Counted from the stretch's first letter, positions 1 through 12,392 are shown. The stretch: 64,000 nt of DNA from Klebsormidium nitens (GCA_000708835.1 DF237067.1:62001-126000); one strand, 5' to 3'. Translations and numbers: made by a program. The notes: a model not told the origin generated them from the letters alone.

Positions 1-3000
1 GCGCACGCAACAACCAACTCTACCAGCATCCCGGATGCTTTGTTGCATCTTGAGACGGAAGTAAGCCGTTTAACGAGGCACAACTAGTACAGCTATCGCG
101 CGGGGGCGGTCACCATGTTGTCGTGGCCGATCTCCTCCGCGATCTCGACGTTGGCGCCGTCCAGCGTGCCGATGATGAGGCCGCCGTTCATGGCGAACTT
201 CATGTTGCTCGTCCCGGACGCCTCTGTGCCCGCCGTGCTGCGCACGGCAAGCGGGCAATCCAATCAGGAGAGGGAAAGCAAGGGGGGCTGAAGACGGCGA
301 CACCAGACTAAACGAACTCGATGAGATGTCTAACGACAGCTTGGCGTCGCGACATTGCCCTGATATCCTGAATGACGACATTTGAAAAAGCAGCAGTACT
401 GGTCTGTTCTGAGCATCTATTTTGCCGATTTTTATCACTTGGTAGACCCTGTCGCAGAAAACTTGCTGCAATTCCATCATTCTTGGGCTTTTCTTTTAAG
501 CTTCCCTACATCAGCCGCCTGCTTCAAACCTGGAGTTGCGCCCCGAGCATTTCTCAGCGACTGCCCGTCGTGCCCTGGGCATCTCTGCCCCGTGGGTCGT
601 CCGTCCGCGGCCTGGCGGCGCGGGCCTCACCTGATGTGCTGCGAGAGGTCGGAGGCGGGGATGATGGTTTCCGCGAGGCTGACGTTGTAGTCGGGCAGGA
701 AGAAGACCTTGAGCAGGTCGCCCACGTCCGGGTCGCCGTTCACTACGTCCCCGATGGCGCTCACCAGCTTGATGATGCGCTTCGCCATGTCGTACCCGGG
801 TGCGGCCTTGCCGCCCACGATCACGACACGTGGCACCACGTGCTGCCGCTCCTCGGGCGACATCTTCTTGATGCGCTCGTACCGGTGGATCACACTCAGC
901 ATATTGAGCAGCTGCCGCTTGTACTCGTGGATGCGCTTCACCTGGAAAACAAGCGGCCGGGGCAGGGGAGGAGGGGTCAGCACACGGTCTAAAAGGCGTG
1001 GCGTTGCAGCGGGACACCAATCCAACTCGCGGGCAATGTTGTGACAATTAGAGAGTATCGCAATCCTCTACTTTTTAGAAGACGCGAGACGGCAATACAC
1101 CTGCTGCCTAACACGAGCGCTAAAGAGGAGTAGTTTGTAACATCATAGAGGCGTGCAAGCAGTCCTTATTTGCCGCACTGATCGCCCCACCTTGACAGCG
1201 CTTAGAAGCGAGCCGCATGTGCCTGCGGCACTGTGGCTGCCGTACCTGGATGTCGAAGAGCGCGTCGGTGCTGACGGTGGCCCCCGTCAGCTTCTTGACG
1301 AGCGCGGCGAGGCGCTTCTTGTTGTCGTGCTTCACGGCCATCCAGCGCTCCTGCAGCCCCGCGTCGTCCGCGTGCTTCTCTAGCTGCTTCAGCTGCGTCA
1401 GGTCCGTGATCCACGCCTCGCTGCCCACCACCTCGCTGATCAGCGCGCGCAGCCCGGGGTTGCAGAAGGCCAGCCACCGCCGCTGCACGCGCAAGGAGAT
1501 GAAAGTCAGGTGATGCCGACTGACAATCTCTTCAAACACGAGGATGTTCGGCAGAATACCGAAGGAACGCTTGCGATCAGGCAGCGGCAGGGCCAGAAGC
1601 GGGATCGAGCATGGGTGAGCCTTGCATCCGGGGCGGGCGAGCTCTGACCAGCTCGGCCCAATCTAGACACGGGATTGCTTAAGGCGCTGCGACAAGCATG
1701 TGCAGGCAGAAAAAATTGGCATTGGGAATTGGGCAGTAGTCGTGCCCACCTGTGTAACTCCATTGGTCTTGTTCTGGAACTTCTCGGGCCAAATACCGTG
1801 GAAGTCCTGCAATCCAGAGGGGGTGAAAAGGCGTTGAGGCGTTGTCTCATTTCAGGGCCGAGGCAAAAATTTCATTGCTTTCCACTTTTGTAAAAATCGT
1901 TGTGGTCTCAATCTGTGCAGCCACTTTCGACGCCAACCGCAGCAAGGGCCCTTCGCCTGACCACAACACTAGACAAAGGCCTTTGGCACTGGAGCAGCCA
2001 CAGTGAAGAAGACGGATGCGAGGCCGTGCTGCCGACCTTGAAGATGGTGGTTTTGATCAGGTCTGAGTGGATGGCCGCCACGCCGTTGACGGTGTGCGAC
2101 GCCACCAGGGCCAGGTACGCCATCCGGACTTGCTGCACGCAGCGCACCAAAGAAGCATAGATGAGCGAGCAGGCCCCTACTTTGCAGCCAGATCGACTCT
2201 CGAAGGGAGAAGGAGAAGTACACGGGGGGAATGAAGTTCACCAGAACAGCAGGGGGCGATCAGCCCGACGAAATAGCAAGGAGAAGAGGGGCAATAGCGG
2301 CAGCCCTGCTTTTCGAGGAATTCGAAATGAGCGGGTGTGGTCAATGGGCCGGTGTTTGGCTGACCTTGGGGTCGCCCTCCTCGATGATGGACATGCGCGA
2401 AATGCGCGACCAGTCGTCGCCCACGCGCTTCTTCAGGTCCTCCAGGTACAAAAAGTTGATCTGGTAGATGATCTGCACCGCACCCAAGCCTCGGCGAGTC
2501 AGCACCACTCGCACCCCCGCTGACAGCCGCCATGACGTCAGCATACAAGCAAGCACGAGGCGCGCTAGATGCCAAACGGGTGCCTTCTGCCGCATACTCT
2601 ATAGAGCAGCTGCATAACAGATCAACTCATGACCGTTTCTGTCCGTCCCGCGCTTGCCTCGAGCATGTCAGTTGTGTACCACAATTCACAGAACACGACA
2701 TTCGCCTGCGGCGCTTGCCGCTTTCGGCTGTTGGCAGGGGCGGTCGCGCGGGCGCACCTGCATGTGGCGCGGCAGGAGGCGCTCCATGAGGGAGACGGGC
2801 CACTTTTCGAGCGCCTCGGGCAGCACGGTGTGGTTGGTGAAGGCGAAGACGCTCGTCACGATGGCCCAGCTCTTGGTCCAGCCCAGGCCCTCGTCGTCCA
2901 TCAGAATGCGCATCAGCTCCGCCACGCCGATCGTCGGGTGCGTGTCGTTCAGCTGCAGCGTCACCTGCGCGGGCGGGGGGGTACACGAAGCGATGAGGAT

Positions 3001-6000
3001 CCTGCGAACATCGTCTTAATGGACTCCAATAGCATGCCAGGTGCCCTGGCGTCAAACAAAAAGGAGAACGTAGACAGGGGCGAGGCGAGGGGGTCCGATG
3101 CGAGCTTGGGCGTAGCTGCTGTATCGTTCGTTGATAAGCGGCGCTCGGAACGAGGTGCGTATTAAGTAGGTAGTCAAAACATAGTCGCCGCCACCGAACC
3201 TCAATGGAGACAGATGAAGAAGTTTCCTTCCGCAAACATCTGTGCGAGGAACATAAGGGCCTGCCTGATGGTACCCGCGATGCTGATCGCGCGTGCCGTA
3301 TATTCAGAACGACGCACCTTCTCTGGCAGCTTCTCGAGGTCAGTCTCGTGCTCCTTGAAGCGGCGCACGATGTCCTGCAGCGTGGCCGACACCATGAAGT
3401 GCTGCTGCTTCAGCCGCAGCTCCTTGCCCTGCACGCCACGCCCACGAAGCCCACGTCAGCGGGCAATACAACAGTCGCCGGGTGAGAACGACAGAACACG
3501 GACACACCAAGAACGACTTTGGGAACGGGAGACTCTCACGTCGAGACGAGCTCATTCGACGGCGTTATTTAATCAGAAAGAGACCGAAAATAGTTTGTCG
3601 CCAAGAAGCACAAGTCGGACTCAAAAGCTCCTTCTTCCGATGTATTTGTGCGTCGACGAAGTCGAATTGAATCTCCCTCCTCCCAAAGGGTCCTTTTTGA
3701 GTCCCAAGCACAAACCCAAGAATCACCAGCATGGACCACAGTAGAGCGCCTAGTCCGAGCAGAGGATCTCCGAGCCCCGCAGCAACCTCAAGGCCGTAGT
3801 AAAAAAGACAGAGCCCGGGGGTAGTAGTTGCGGAGCGTCACCTGGTAGGTCCTGTCGTCGGGGTAGAGCACGCTGGAGATGGTCTCCGCCCGCTGCTTGG
3901 CCAGAATGGCCGCCACGTAGTCGCCCGTGTTGAACGACTGCAGGTCAAACTCGGCGCTGGGCTTGCCCGCCCACAGCCGCAGGTTGATCGTGTTGCCCGT
4001 GCCGTACCCGGGGATTGGGTTGTCGTACGCCACAGCCTCCACCTACGCAGCGAGCGCGGCCGTCAAGTTACGGGACGAGCGAAGGCACGAAATCGTACAG
4101 CTCGAACGGGGTGTGGGCGCAGCTTGACGACACTCATTGATCAGGCACGGTGATGCTTGAGTAGCTGCATACGACCGGGCGCATTCTGGAGACCTGGCCC
4201 GTGAAGTTGCCAGCTAAATTTTCACCAGCGCTCAAGATTCGACATCCGTTGTGTGATGACATTTTGAGAAAACTTGTCCTTTTGCCACCTCTTCACTCCA
4301 ACCCAGAGGCGTCATGCTTTCCCATCGCGATCCTACGGAGGTCTTGCAGCTGTAGGCTCAGACGCCTAGTGACGGAACAACACATTACAAAAATGTGTGG
4401 ACTCATGCAAGGACGGGTCGGCGCTCACCCTTTCGCCTGGCACCCATGTGAAGCGGCCACGGCCCTGGCTGTCAGTGTACTGCTCCACGTGGCCATAAAA
4501 CTGCACCAACGACCAGGCAAATCATGTCCCGCACGTATTCCGCCATTGACAATCAGTGCCTTCGCTCTGCTTCCGCAGGGTCAAAGAGACGCCGAAGACG
4601 GCCCACGACAAATATAAACGAAGCAAGCATACCCTTAAAAGAAGAGCCCAGTGCTGGCTGTCCAAGCGGGTCTCCTCCGCTCCCCTCCCACAGCTGACTT
4701 CTTCAGCCCTTTCGAATTCTCTCAGAAGCAGTGTAATGTTGGTTTTTTGAAGCCAAGTGTCTCTTGAGACCAGCCATACTGGCAGGCGTTCCTGATGCAG
4801 GCAATGTAAGTCTGGAACAGTTATCGGACTCTCACTGCTTGCGAACTTACCTTGATGTCATACTTGGTGGATACGCGCTCGATCTCCCATGGGTTGCTGA
4901 AGTTGAGCCAGTAGTCAGGCTGCTCGTGCTGGAAGCCGTTCTCTAGAGTTTGTCTGAACATGCACAGAATCGAAGTCCACGGATATACTTGATCGATTTG
5001 AACGGCATGCTAGGTCACTTATGCAGATTGCTCAACAGAAAGCAACCTGTTTGGTGACTCGTGCTTTTGGTCTTGAGTTAAATGACGCCGAATCGTAGAC
5101 AGCACTTGCGCCAAGGTGGTGATCGAACTGATGGCGAATCGAAGTCGCAAGCACTTGATGTAACAAGCCACTTTGCAACTTGTGCACGGAGAATTTCGAA
5201 AATGAACTGCAAAATTACTCAACTAAACCTTCGACGAATAAAAACTCACCTAAACATTCCGTATTGGTACCGCATGCCATACCTGCACCACACCGCAGGA
5301 TCCGGTCAGACGCTCCACTTTGCCACCTTCTCAACCAAGCACAAGCAGCGACTCCATGCGATTCGCAGAATCCTGAGAAAAGCAAGATCTGTAATGTGGG
5401 CGCACGCGACTCCTTTCTCCATCTTGTGTTGTGCCATGACCTTTGCGAGTGTGCATCCACACTGCGACAGTGCCAACACAATGACCCTGTCAAGAGCGCT
5501 CCACAGTCCAGGCGCGAGTTCCTCACCCCCAGGCGGGGTAGTTCAGGGTGGCCATGGAGTCGAGGAAGCAGGCCGCCAGCCGACCAAGGCCCCCGTTGCC
5601 CAACGCTGCATCGCGCTCCTGAAGACAGTGCGGCAGGAAGGGGTGACTTGAGTACTTCATCGCCTTCACCTGTCTTGCCCTGTTCATAACCCCTCATTGG
5701 GCATCCTGTGACCGGTACAGCTCGTTGCGTCAAACCTGCCATCGGATTTAAAATGCTCCGAGCACGATTCCTGAGCTCGGACCGTCCGATCTGTGACGAG
5801 GGATCCATCGAACGGCTGAAGATCAGGAACCATGCTCAGAGAGACTCGATGGCAGGTTTGAGGCAAACAGCTGTAGCACCTCGACGGTCAGATAGCCCGT
5901 GTGCCAGTACTCCGAGTCGCTAAACGCTATACCATGCGATCTGGAATCTCGGTGACACAAGGACAAAATTCTGCAAAAGGGCGGCCACGGGACCGCAGGG

Positions 6001-8274
6001 TTTAGACAACGTTTCAAGAGCAGGTCGGGCCATGCTTTCAAGATATGGAGAAGGCAACGACCTCATAAACACTCATGTTGCCGGCCCCCTGCACAAATGA
6101 GTGGTGTACGGCCACCCACCTCTTCCTTGAGGGTCTCCAGGTCGTACCCAAGCTGCCTGAGCGCCTCCCCGTACAGGTTCTTAACATCCAGGTTGTACAG
6201 GCTGTTGAGCAGGGACCGCCCTGAACCACACGACCATACTCACGTCAATGCCCACTTATGTTACTTCGGATCACACCACGGAACAAAAATCGCTACGATG
6301 GCGGTGAAGCAGCCCACTGTGCATTCAATGTAGCCCCGTTGAGCCAGGGCGCTTTGACTGCTACTAAATATCGGAGTTCCAAGCTGATGGAGACCAACTG
6401 CAGGACAGCCCTACTGGGTAGGGTGCTTGAGAAGCAACATTGACTGGCCCTCCCAGTTTTCAAAGTGCCCTCTTTGTCCGGCGTTCGAGAAACACACGGC
6501 TGGGCTGGGCTAACGCAAGTATCCCTGAACTGAACATACCCTGTACCCAATTGAAGATGATCGCAGCGAATTGGCTATAACAGAATTCGCTGAGTTCTCT
6601 GTTGGGCGGCGTCTCACCCATAAGGAACTCCATGCTGAGGTAGTAGACACGCTTGGGGTTGACCTTCTGGAAGTGCTGCTCCGTATCGTTCCAGCTCTCG
6701 ATCAGCCGGTCGCGAACGCTGTGGGCCACCGCCTGCACGGAACAGAAGAAACAGCCGCTGGCAAACCAAGACACAGAGAGCACAAGACGATTTCTTTACC
6801 TGATTTTCAGTGGGACGATGAGAGTTCGTTGATGTCCTGGAGTGCTTGCAATTGGCTGTGGACTACATGTGGGGAAATCAATGCCAGCTGTCGCGCTCTG
6901 CCCAGCTGGCGATCGGCCGTGTACTGTGGCGCCAGATTCATTTGGGCAGCCGAGCCCCGATTGATCGGTGCGCTCACGTGGTAGGCCTCGAACGACTCGA
7001 ACTTGTAGCGCGAGCGCCCGATTGTGTACTCCACATGGTTGATGATGCTCTCCTGCACTGCCACCACGTCGTTCCGCAGGTACAGGTCCTTGAGGCGGTG
7101 GATCAGCTCCATGCGTGCCGCCTCGTCCTTGTCCTCCCCGCCCAGCTCCACCCCCACCGGCCGTATCGCCTTGTCCTGGAACACCGCCGTCGGCAGGCCC
7201 AGCAGGCGCTGCTTGGCCACCGCAATCTCGGCGTTGCTCAGCTTCTTGCCCGAGGCAGTCACCACGTAGAAGGTGTCTGCCACCAGCTTGTTGCCCACAG
7301 TGTTCACCTCGGCCTTCTGCACTTGGAGGTTCAGGTCCCTGCACACAACGGTGGGGACGGGCATGAGTGGCAGCAATCAATGCAAACGTCAGCATTGCTG
7401 GGCTTGTTAATGGTTGATGCAGCAGCTTAATGGTACAAATCTGGCAGTCACTTGCTCACAGCCGTGTCGATGATTTCGGTGCAGAAGCAGGTGCATCAGT
7501 CGCAATGTCTGCTTATTACATCCAGTGCTTGCAACCTGATTTGATCACCAGATGGATGCAAGTGCTAATTGGAACTCTGAGTTGAATGAGACCAGGACTA
7601 AACGCACACAATTCGATACAGAAACATAGTGCATTGCAGTCACCTCGACCATATACAAATGCGTTCGAGTAACATCTATATCTGGTTGCAGCATTGCATC
7701 TACGATGTTGATCACCTTTGAGTTTCCAATTGAAGCATTCGATGGATCCTGGACTTGAATCAATGCCGGAGTGTCTGCATTTGTCCAATTGCTGGAAAAA
7801 CCTGCCAACATTGAAAAGAATCCTCTGAGATTCTTCAGGATTTTATTGAAAAACTCCATGCCTCACTGACCGCAAAGTGCTTGTGATCTTGGTGAGCAGT
7901 CCCGGCTGGTTCTCTGCCTCAATCTTGATTGCCGTCCAGTTCTCCTTGTCCCGATTGCTGATACTCACTTTGAGGCTGCTTTCTGACTCAACATTGGCGG
8001 GAGCGGCAATTGCCTGAGCGCGACCACCTCGCTGCGCCTGACATTGCACTGAAGCAAGTCTGGCTGGAGGGTGTCTGCTCTGAGTCCTCAACGTATCTGC
8101 ATTTGCGACTTGAGCGCTCGCGATGGAAGCTGCAGATGATGGCAGCTTGTGAGAGAATGCTGCCGGTGAAGCAATTCTCATTCCCTGCATTTGCTTCCCC
8201 TCTTCTGCGCAGGTGGCTCTTAATGAACATCCGGCTGGCGCCGTTGCCCGCGCAAAGTGCACGGAGGAGGCCAT
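1..8274 (-). CDS. Alpha-glucan (starch) phosphorylase with N-terminal transit peptide and ACT domain; multi-exon, 3' end lies outside the window
   Basis: Minus-strand exon translations give GT35 phosphorylase motifs in correct order: [161 protein letters not shown]. Exons at 7843-8274 and 6807-7376 encode an ACT-like segment ([21 protein letters not shown]...VADTFYV). The last visible exon ends at 114 at a GT donor. Confidence 0.95.
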
Positions 8275-9031
8275 AGTGGTCGGGTGATGAGGACCCCTCT
8301 AGCCACCCAATGCAAGGCACCCTGGGGAGAGTGGCACCTCTGCTCAAAGGGGAAAACTAAAACTTCTGATCGGAGCGTGTAGCACAGTATAGGAGCGCCA
8401 GCAGACACCCAATGCCACAATGCGGCTCCACAGCCTCAGGGGCTGGCAATTTGAAGATCTCAACGCCAGCCGCCTGCTGAACGAAGTGGGCTCCGCACCC
8501 TCCCGATTTGGCAAATACCCAGTGCACTTTTTGATGCAGCTCTTTTCAAGGTTCACTTTTCTCGATCCCGCTGCGGCTCGGCTGGTCGGTAGACACAGCT
8601 CCAAAAAGCGTGTTGCCTTCGTGTCTAAAATCTTCTCTGTAGCGCCATAGCCAGAGGCGACTGAAGATTACCTGATTGTAGTTCGACAAGAAGGGCCCAA
8701 AATATCCCAAGATTGTCGAGAAATATCCCAGCGGCCTCCAACCGGTCACAGTGAACACTGATACGACCTTTGAGTTCCAACTTTCATTTTCCGGCACTGG
8801 TGACTGGAGAGGAAAGTGGCCGCTGGTACGTACCTGTTTTAGGCAGTATGCACCAGGGGTCCAGGGAGTACGAATTCTAGGCCGTCGATCACCATTGTGG
8901 ATTTGATCGAACGCCTCGACTTGCTCACACAAACCAGTGCTACTAAGCACGTCACATGCATACGTCATGTGCTTTTGCAGATTCTGTCAGAACTCGACAG
9001 GCCGGCCGCGCCGGTGCGGACTGAGTCCGGA

Positions 9032-9168
9032 GCCTAAAAACTGCGGAATGCAAATGCATCCAATCAAAAACGTAATGTCTGATTCTCTAACGCCAGCGCA
9101 CCCTCCGATATAGGTGTTTGGAGGGGCGCCAACGGCCAAGATCTCCTGTTATGGGCCCGAGCTCGCCG
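9032..9168. repeat. Split direct repeat B, terminal copy (137 bp)
   Basis: GCCTAAAAACTGCGG...GAGCTCGCCG is identical base for base to 10093-10229. Confidence 0.97.
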
Positions 9169-9299
9169 GGATGCGGCTACGGGGCACCGGTGGAGTTCGT
9201 ATGGGGCCGTTGGCACCGCGAATGTCCCGGGGTTGCGGGTCAACGCGGTCTGAGGGTCGCTGGCGGTTAATGTCCGGTCAACGCGCGCATTAAATGCGA

Positions 9300-9530
9300 T
9301 CGGCGACCGCGGGGACCAGTGACCACTGAGTCAGTGCATTAGATCAGTGATCAGTGGACTGCCGCACTGCGTTACTGCAGGGAGCAGTGTTAGTAGGGTC
9401 GGGGTTAGTAGCGTAGCGCATTATGCGCGGGACTAGTAGTGCAGTGCAGTACTACCCTGCAGTAGTGTACTGCAGTAGTGTGGTCAGTGTGGCAAGGTCA
9501 CTGACTACTGCAGTACTGGCCCTGGGGTGC
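9300..9530. repeat. CAGT/ACTG-rich low-complexity tract inside the retrotransposon
   Basis: Dense CAGTG, ACTGCAGT and AGTAGTG motifs, e.g. GTAGTGCAGTGCAGTACTACCCTGCAGTAGTGTACTGCAGTAGTG. No fixed unit length. Confidence 0.7.
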
Positions 9531-9598
9531 AGGGAATGACTTTGCGACCTGGGAGAGGAGGGCGGGGTGAATTCAAACTGTAGATTGCGGTTGTTGAA

Positions 9599-11424
9599 AT
9601 GGCGCTGCGAGCGTTAGGGGTTCCTGGGAAAGGGGATGCAAGACTTGCTATTGTGGGCGGGGCTGGGATTTCAAGTGGGGCATTGGAAGTGAACGCCGAA
9701 AGCAGGTAAGGAAAGCTTCGGATCTTTGATAGGTGCAGTGGGCGGGTGGGTCGAAAATTTCATTTTCTCGTCCCTTGAGGGCGCCTCGCCAGGCGCCTTC
9801 TCCTGCTTCTTGAACAAAACACACCTTGAATTGAGAGTCTAACGCCAAGAGTTGTATGACGACTTCTAAGCTAGTTGACGCTTCAGCGCCAGGGTTTTAG
9901 AGGTTTAACAGCCGTCGGCCGAGCGGCCGGCAGATTGCGCACGCGCGCGCCCAGTTTTCCCCCGGTCGGTCGAGGACGGCGGCTAGCACAGCTTATGCCA
10001 CACAAGAGCATTCCCGGTCCCCAAATCACTCTAGGACCTGAAATCATCTCGACCGTCGCAGGTCCTATCGTGGGGGAGGCAAGCATTCCGCTGCCTAAAA
10101 ACTGCGGAATGCAAATGCATCCAATCAAAAACGTAATGTCTGATTCTCTAACGCCAGCGCACCCTCCGATATAGGTGTTTGGAGGGGCGCCAACGGCCAA
10201 GATCTCCTGTTATGGGCCCGAGCTCGCCGCCCCAAAGAAACAATTGTTGGCCAAACAACAGTTATTGAAAAATAAGGTGCCCTTACTTGCAGGAGGGAGT
10301 TCCAGGAGCGATGCCGCGCACATGTGCTGCAGGTGCGAGGCATCGAGGGCGGGCGTGGTGGGCAGTCCGCGGGGAATGTCTGGTCCGAAGCCGAGACGGA
10401 AGCGCTGTATGCGCGTTCCCTTTCCGAGTTTGGGCGCATCGCAGAACGGAAAGTGACGCCTGCAGCCAACACTTCTCGAAAGCGAGCTGCTCGCGAGTTT
10501 GCGGAGTTCCTCGGCAAGAATCCTTACGGAGTGACAATTGAGACGGCCACTCCGGCTGACGTGGGGGCTTTTATCGTCGGAGACTGGTTGCCCAGGCATA
10601 GCGGCAACTGCCGAACAGTTCTGCCGTCGACGGGGCAGACAGTGGCTTCTGCATCAGCTGTGAAGGGTGTTGTTAAGGATTTGTCAAAGACGTACACGCT
10701 GCTCGGTTTTCCCGGGCACGAGAATCCTGCAAAGGCGGAGCCGGTGAAGTCATTTCGAGACGGGTACGAGAGGTACCTGCACGACGAAGGTGTTAAAGTG
10801 CAGAGAGCGAAAGTGTTCTCGGAAGAGAAGCTGGACGCTCTCCTGCGTTTTTTGTCGGAGCGCCTGCAAGCAGAAACTGAAGCTCTGGAACTTTGCACGT
10901 TACTGATGGATCAGGCCGCCGTTTTGTACCTCTGGGAATCGTTGGCGCGGGGGAAGGAGTGCGGAACTCTAAGCGCCGACCAGGTCGAAGGAGGGGCGAC
11001 TCCTGCGGCCTATCCTGGCTGGAGCAAAACAGTCAGACAGGAGCCCAGTGCGCGGATCCGCCTCGCCCAGCCAGCGACGACTTCCCGGCTCACCTTCGTG
11101 GAAGCTGCGGCCCGGTTAGTGAAAGGTTTAGAGCTAATCGGGGAGCACGCAACTGACGGTTACCTGTTCCGCGCCCAGAACCGCCAGCGAACGGGCTTTT
11201 CTCCCGGGCCGATCTCCAGCGCGTGCTTGCGGAAACGGATCCAGCGGCGTCTGCAACAAGCTGACCTGTTCGAGGGCGAAACCCTGCATAGCTTTAGGAG
11301 GTCTGCGGTTCAGCATGCCGCCGTCAATTTGAATTACAACGTAAAGCAGTTGATGGAATTAGGACGGTGGAAAAGTTACTCTGCCTTTAAAGTATACGTG
11401 GAAGAGGTTTGGCAGCGACGCTGA
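9599..11424 (+). CDS. Tyrosine recombinase of the retrotransposon; predicted 2 exons (9599-9705, 10293-11424), 412 aa
   Basis: The ORF 10324-11424 carries the YR catalytic residues: R (ESLARGKE), HxxR (TLHSFRR), W (LGRW) and Y (AFKVY). It has an in-frame TAA at 10273 and no ATG until about 10907. The upstream exon MALRALGVPG...NAES ends at AG|GTAAGG (9706) and joins in phase to TTACTTGCAG|G (10292). The YR identity is firm; the splice is inferred. Confidence 0.85.
9768..10095. repeat. Split direct repeat A, internal copy (328 bp), abutting the internal B copy
   Basis: 9768-10043 is identical to 16457-16732. Then comes a 21-nt extra segment (10044-10064), then 31 nt matching 16733-16763 with one mismatch. 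Confidence 0.97.
10093..10229. repeat. Split direct repeat B, internal copy (137 bp)
   Basis: Identical to 9032-9168; overlaps repeat A by the GCC trinucleotide. Confidence 0.97.
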
Positions 11425-11498
11425 ACAGAATTGTTTATATATCAATGTCATGATCCAAGTCCTGCACACTTGAACCTCATGCCTGCGCTATCAAATGT

Positions 11499-12392
11499 CT
11501 ACCACCTAATGCCGAATGCTCTCAGCTTGTACATCGCTGGGTTTACAGTTCCTTGTGGAACTCTGAAGCTGGGTGTACAAATACTCGCGCTGCGCGGCAG
11601 CTCCAGCGGCCCCGTCATGCAGGCCTCCGTGCCAATGTTTTGGAGCGCCATCCACCAATTGGTGGCCGGCGCTTCAGGCACGATGATGACGCAGTCCGTT
11701 CGGTACCGCCGCACCGCTTGGATGACGTCACTTAGCAAGCGCACAGGGGGGAAGACCCATGCCACGTCCCCCGGCGCCAGCAGCTCGCTCCAGTCGGTCC
11801 GCATAGCGTCTGCTGCCTGGGCCCCCGGGGCCAGGTGCAGGCTCACGAATCGCTCCGTGACATGCCACGTTTCGGACCCGAATAGGTCGATCGCCGGCTC
11901 CACCCCGAAGTGGCTCAGGACCCTGCGCACTTCCGAATCCCCGAGTCCCCAATCTGAGCTGTCCTGGTGCTTGCTCAGATCGTCTTCTTCCTGCATCTCC
12001 GCCCGCGGCCGCCACTGCGCGATGATGTCAAAGTCTGCCTCCACGCACAGCTCGAAGAGCTGCCTCACCGCCTCGTTCACGTCCGGCGCCCTGCTGTTCA
12101 TGGCGTTGACAGCCCGCACAGCACCCTGGTTGTCTCCCAGAAGGAGGACCGCCGCACCTTGGAGCGCGTCCCCCGCTCGCGCGCGCGCCTCTGTCAGCAC
12201 TCGGAGGAACGCGACCATCTCGCGCGCCGTGCTGGACATGCGCTTCTCCTCGTCGGAGAGCGCCCCGGCTACTGTCAGCTTCTCCTTTCCTGGGATCTTA
12301 ATTGTACCCCCGAACCCCGACTCCAATGCGTCTGAGCCTGCTTCAACCGCAATGCTGCGCGGGTACCACCGCTGCGCGGGTACCCGTTCCAC
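11499..12392 (-). CDS. RNase H plus DIRS-type adenine-methyltransferase-like domain (C-terminal Pol), frameshifted from RT
   Basis: RNase H acidic residues in GSDALESGFGG, STAREMVA, LLGDNQGAV and EEDDLSK. These are followed by DLFGS...DAMRTDW...AWVFPP...VIIVPEAP..NWW, which matches the MT domain known from DIRS elements. Confidence 0.88.
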   Translation of the reverse strand: MERVPAQRWYPRSIAVEAGSDALESGFGGTIKIPGKEKLTVAGALSDEEKRMSSTAREMVAFLRVLTEARARAGDALQGAAVLLLGDNQGAVRAVNAMNSRAPDVNEAVRQLFELCVEADFDIIAQWRPRAEMQEEDDLSKHQDSSDWGLGDSEVRRVLSHFGVEPAIDLFGSETWHVTERFVSLHLAPGAQAADAMRTDWSELLAPGDVAWVFPPVRLLSDVIQAVRRYRTDCVIIVPEAPATNWWMALQNIGTEACMTGPLELPRSASICTPSFRVPQGTVNPAMYKLRAFGIRW

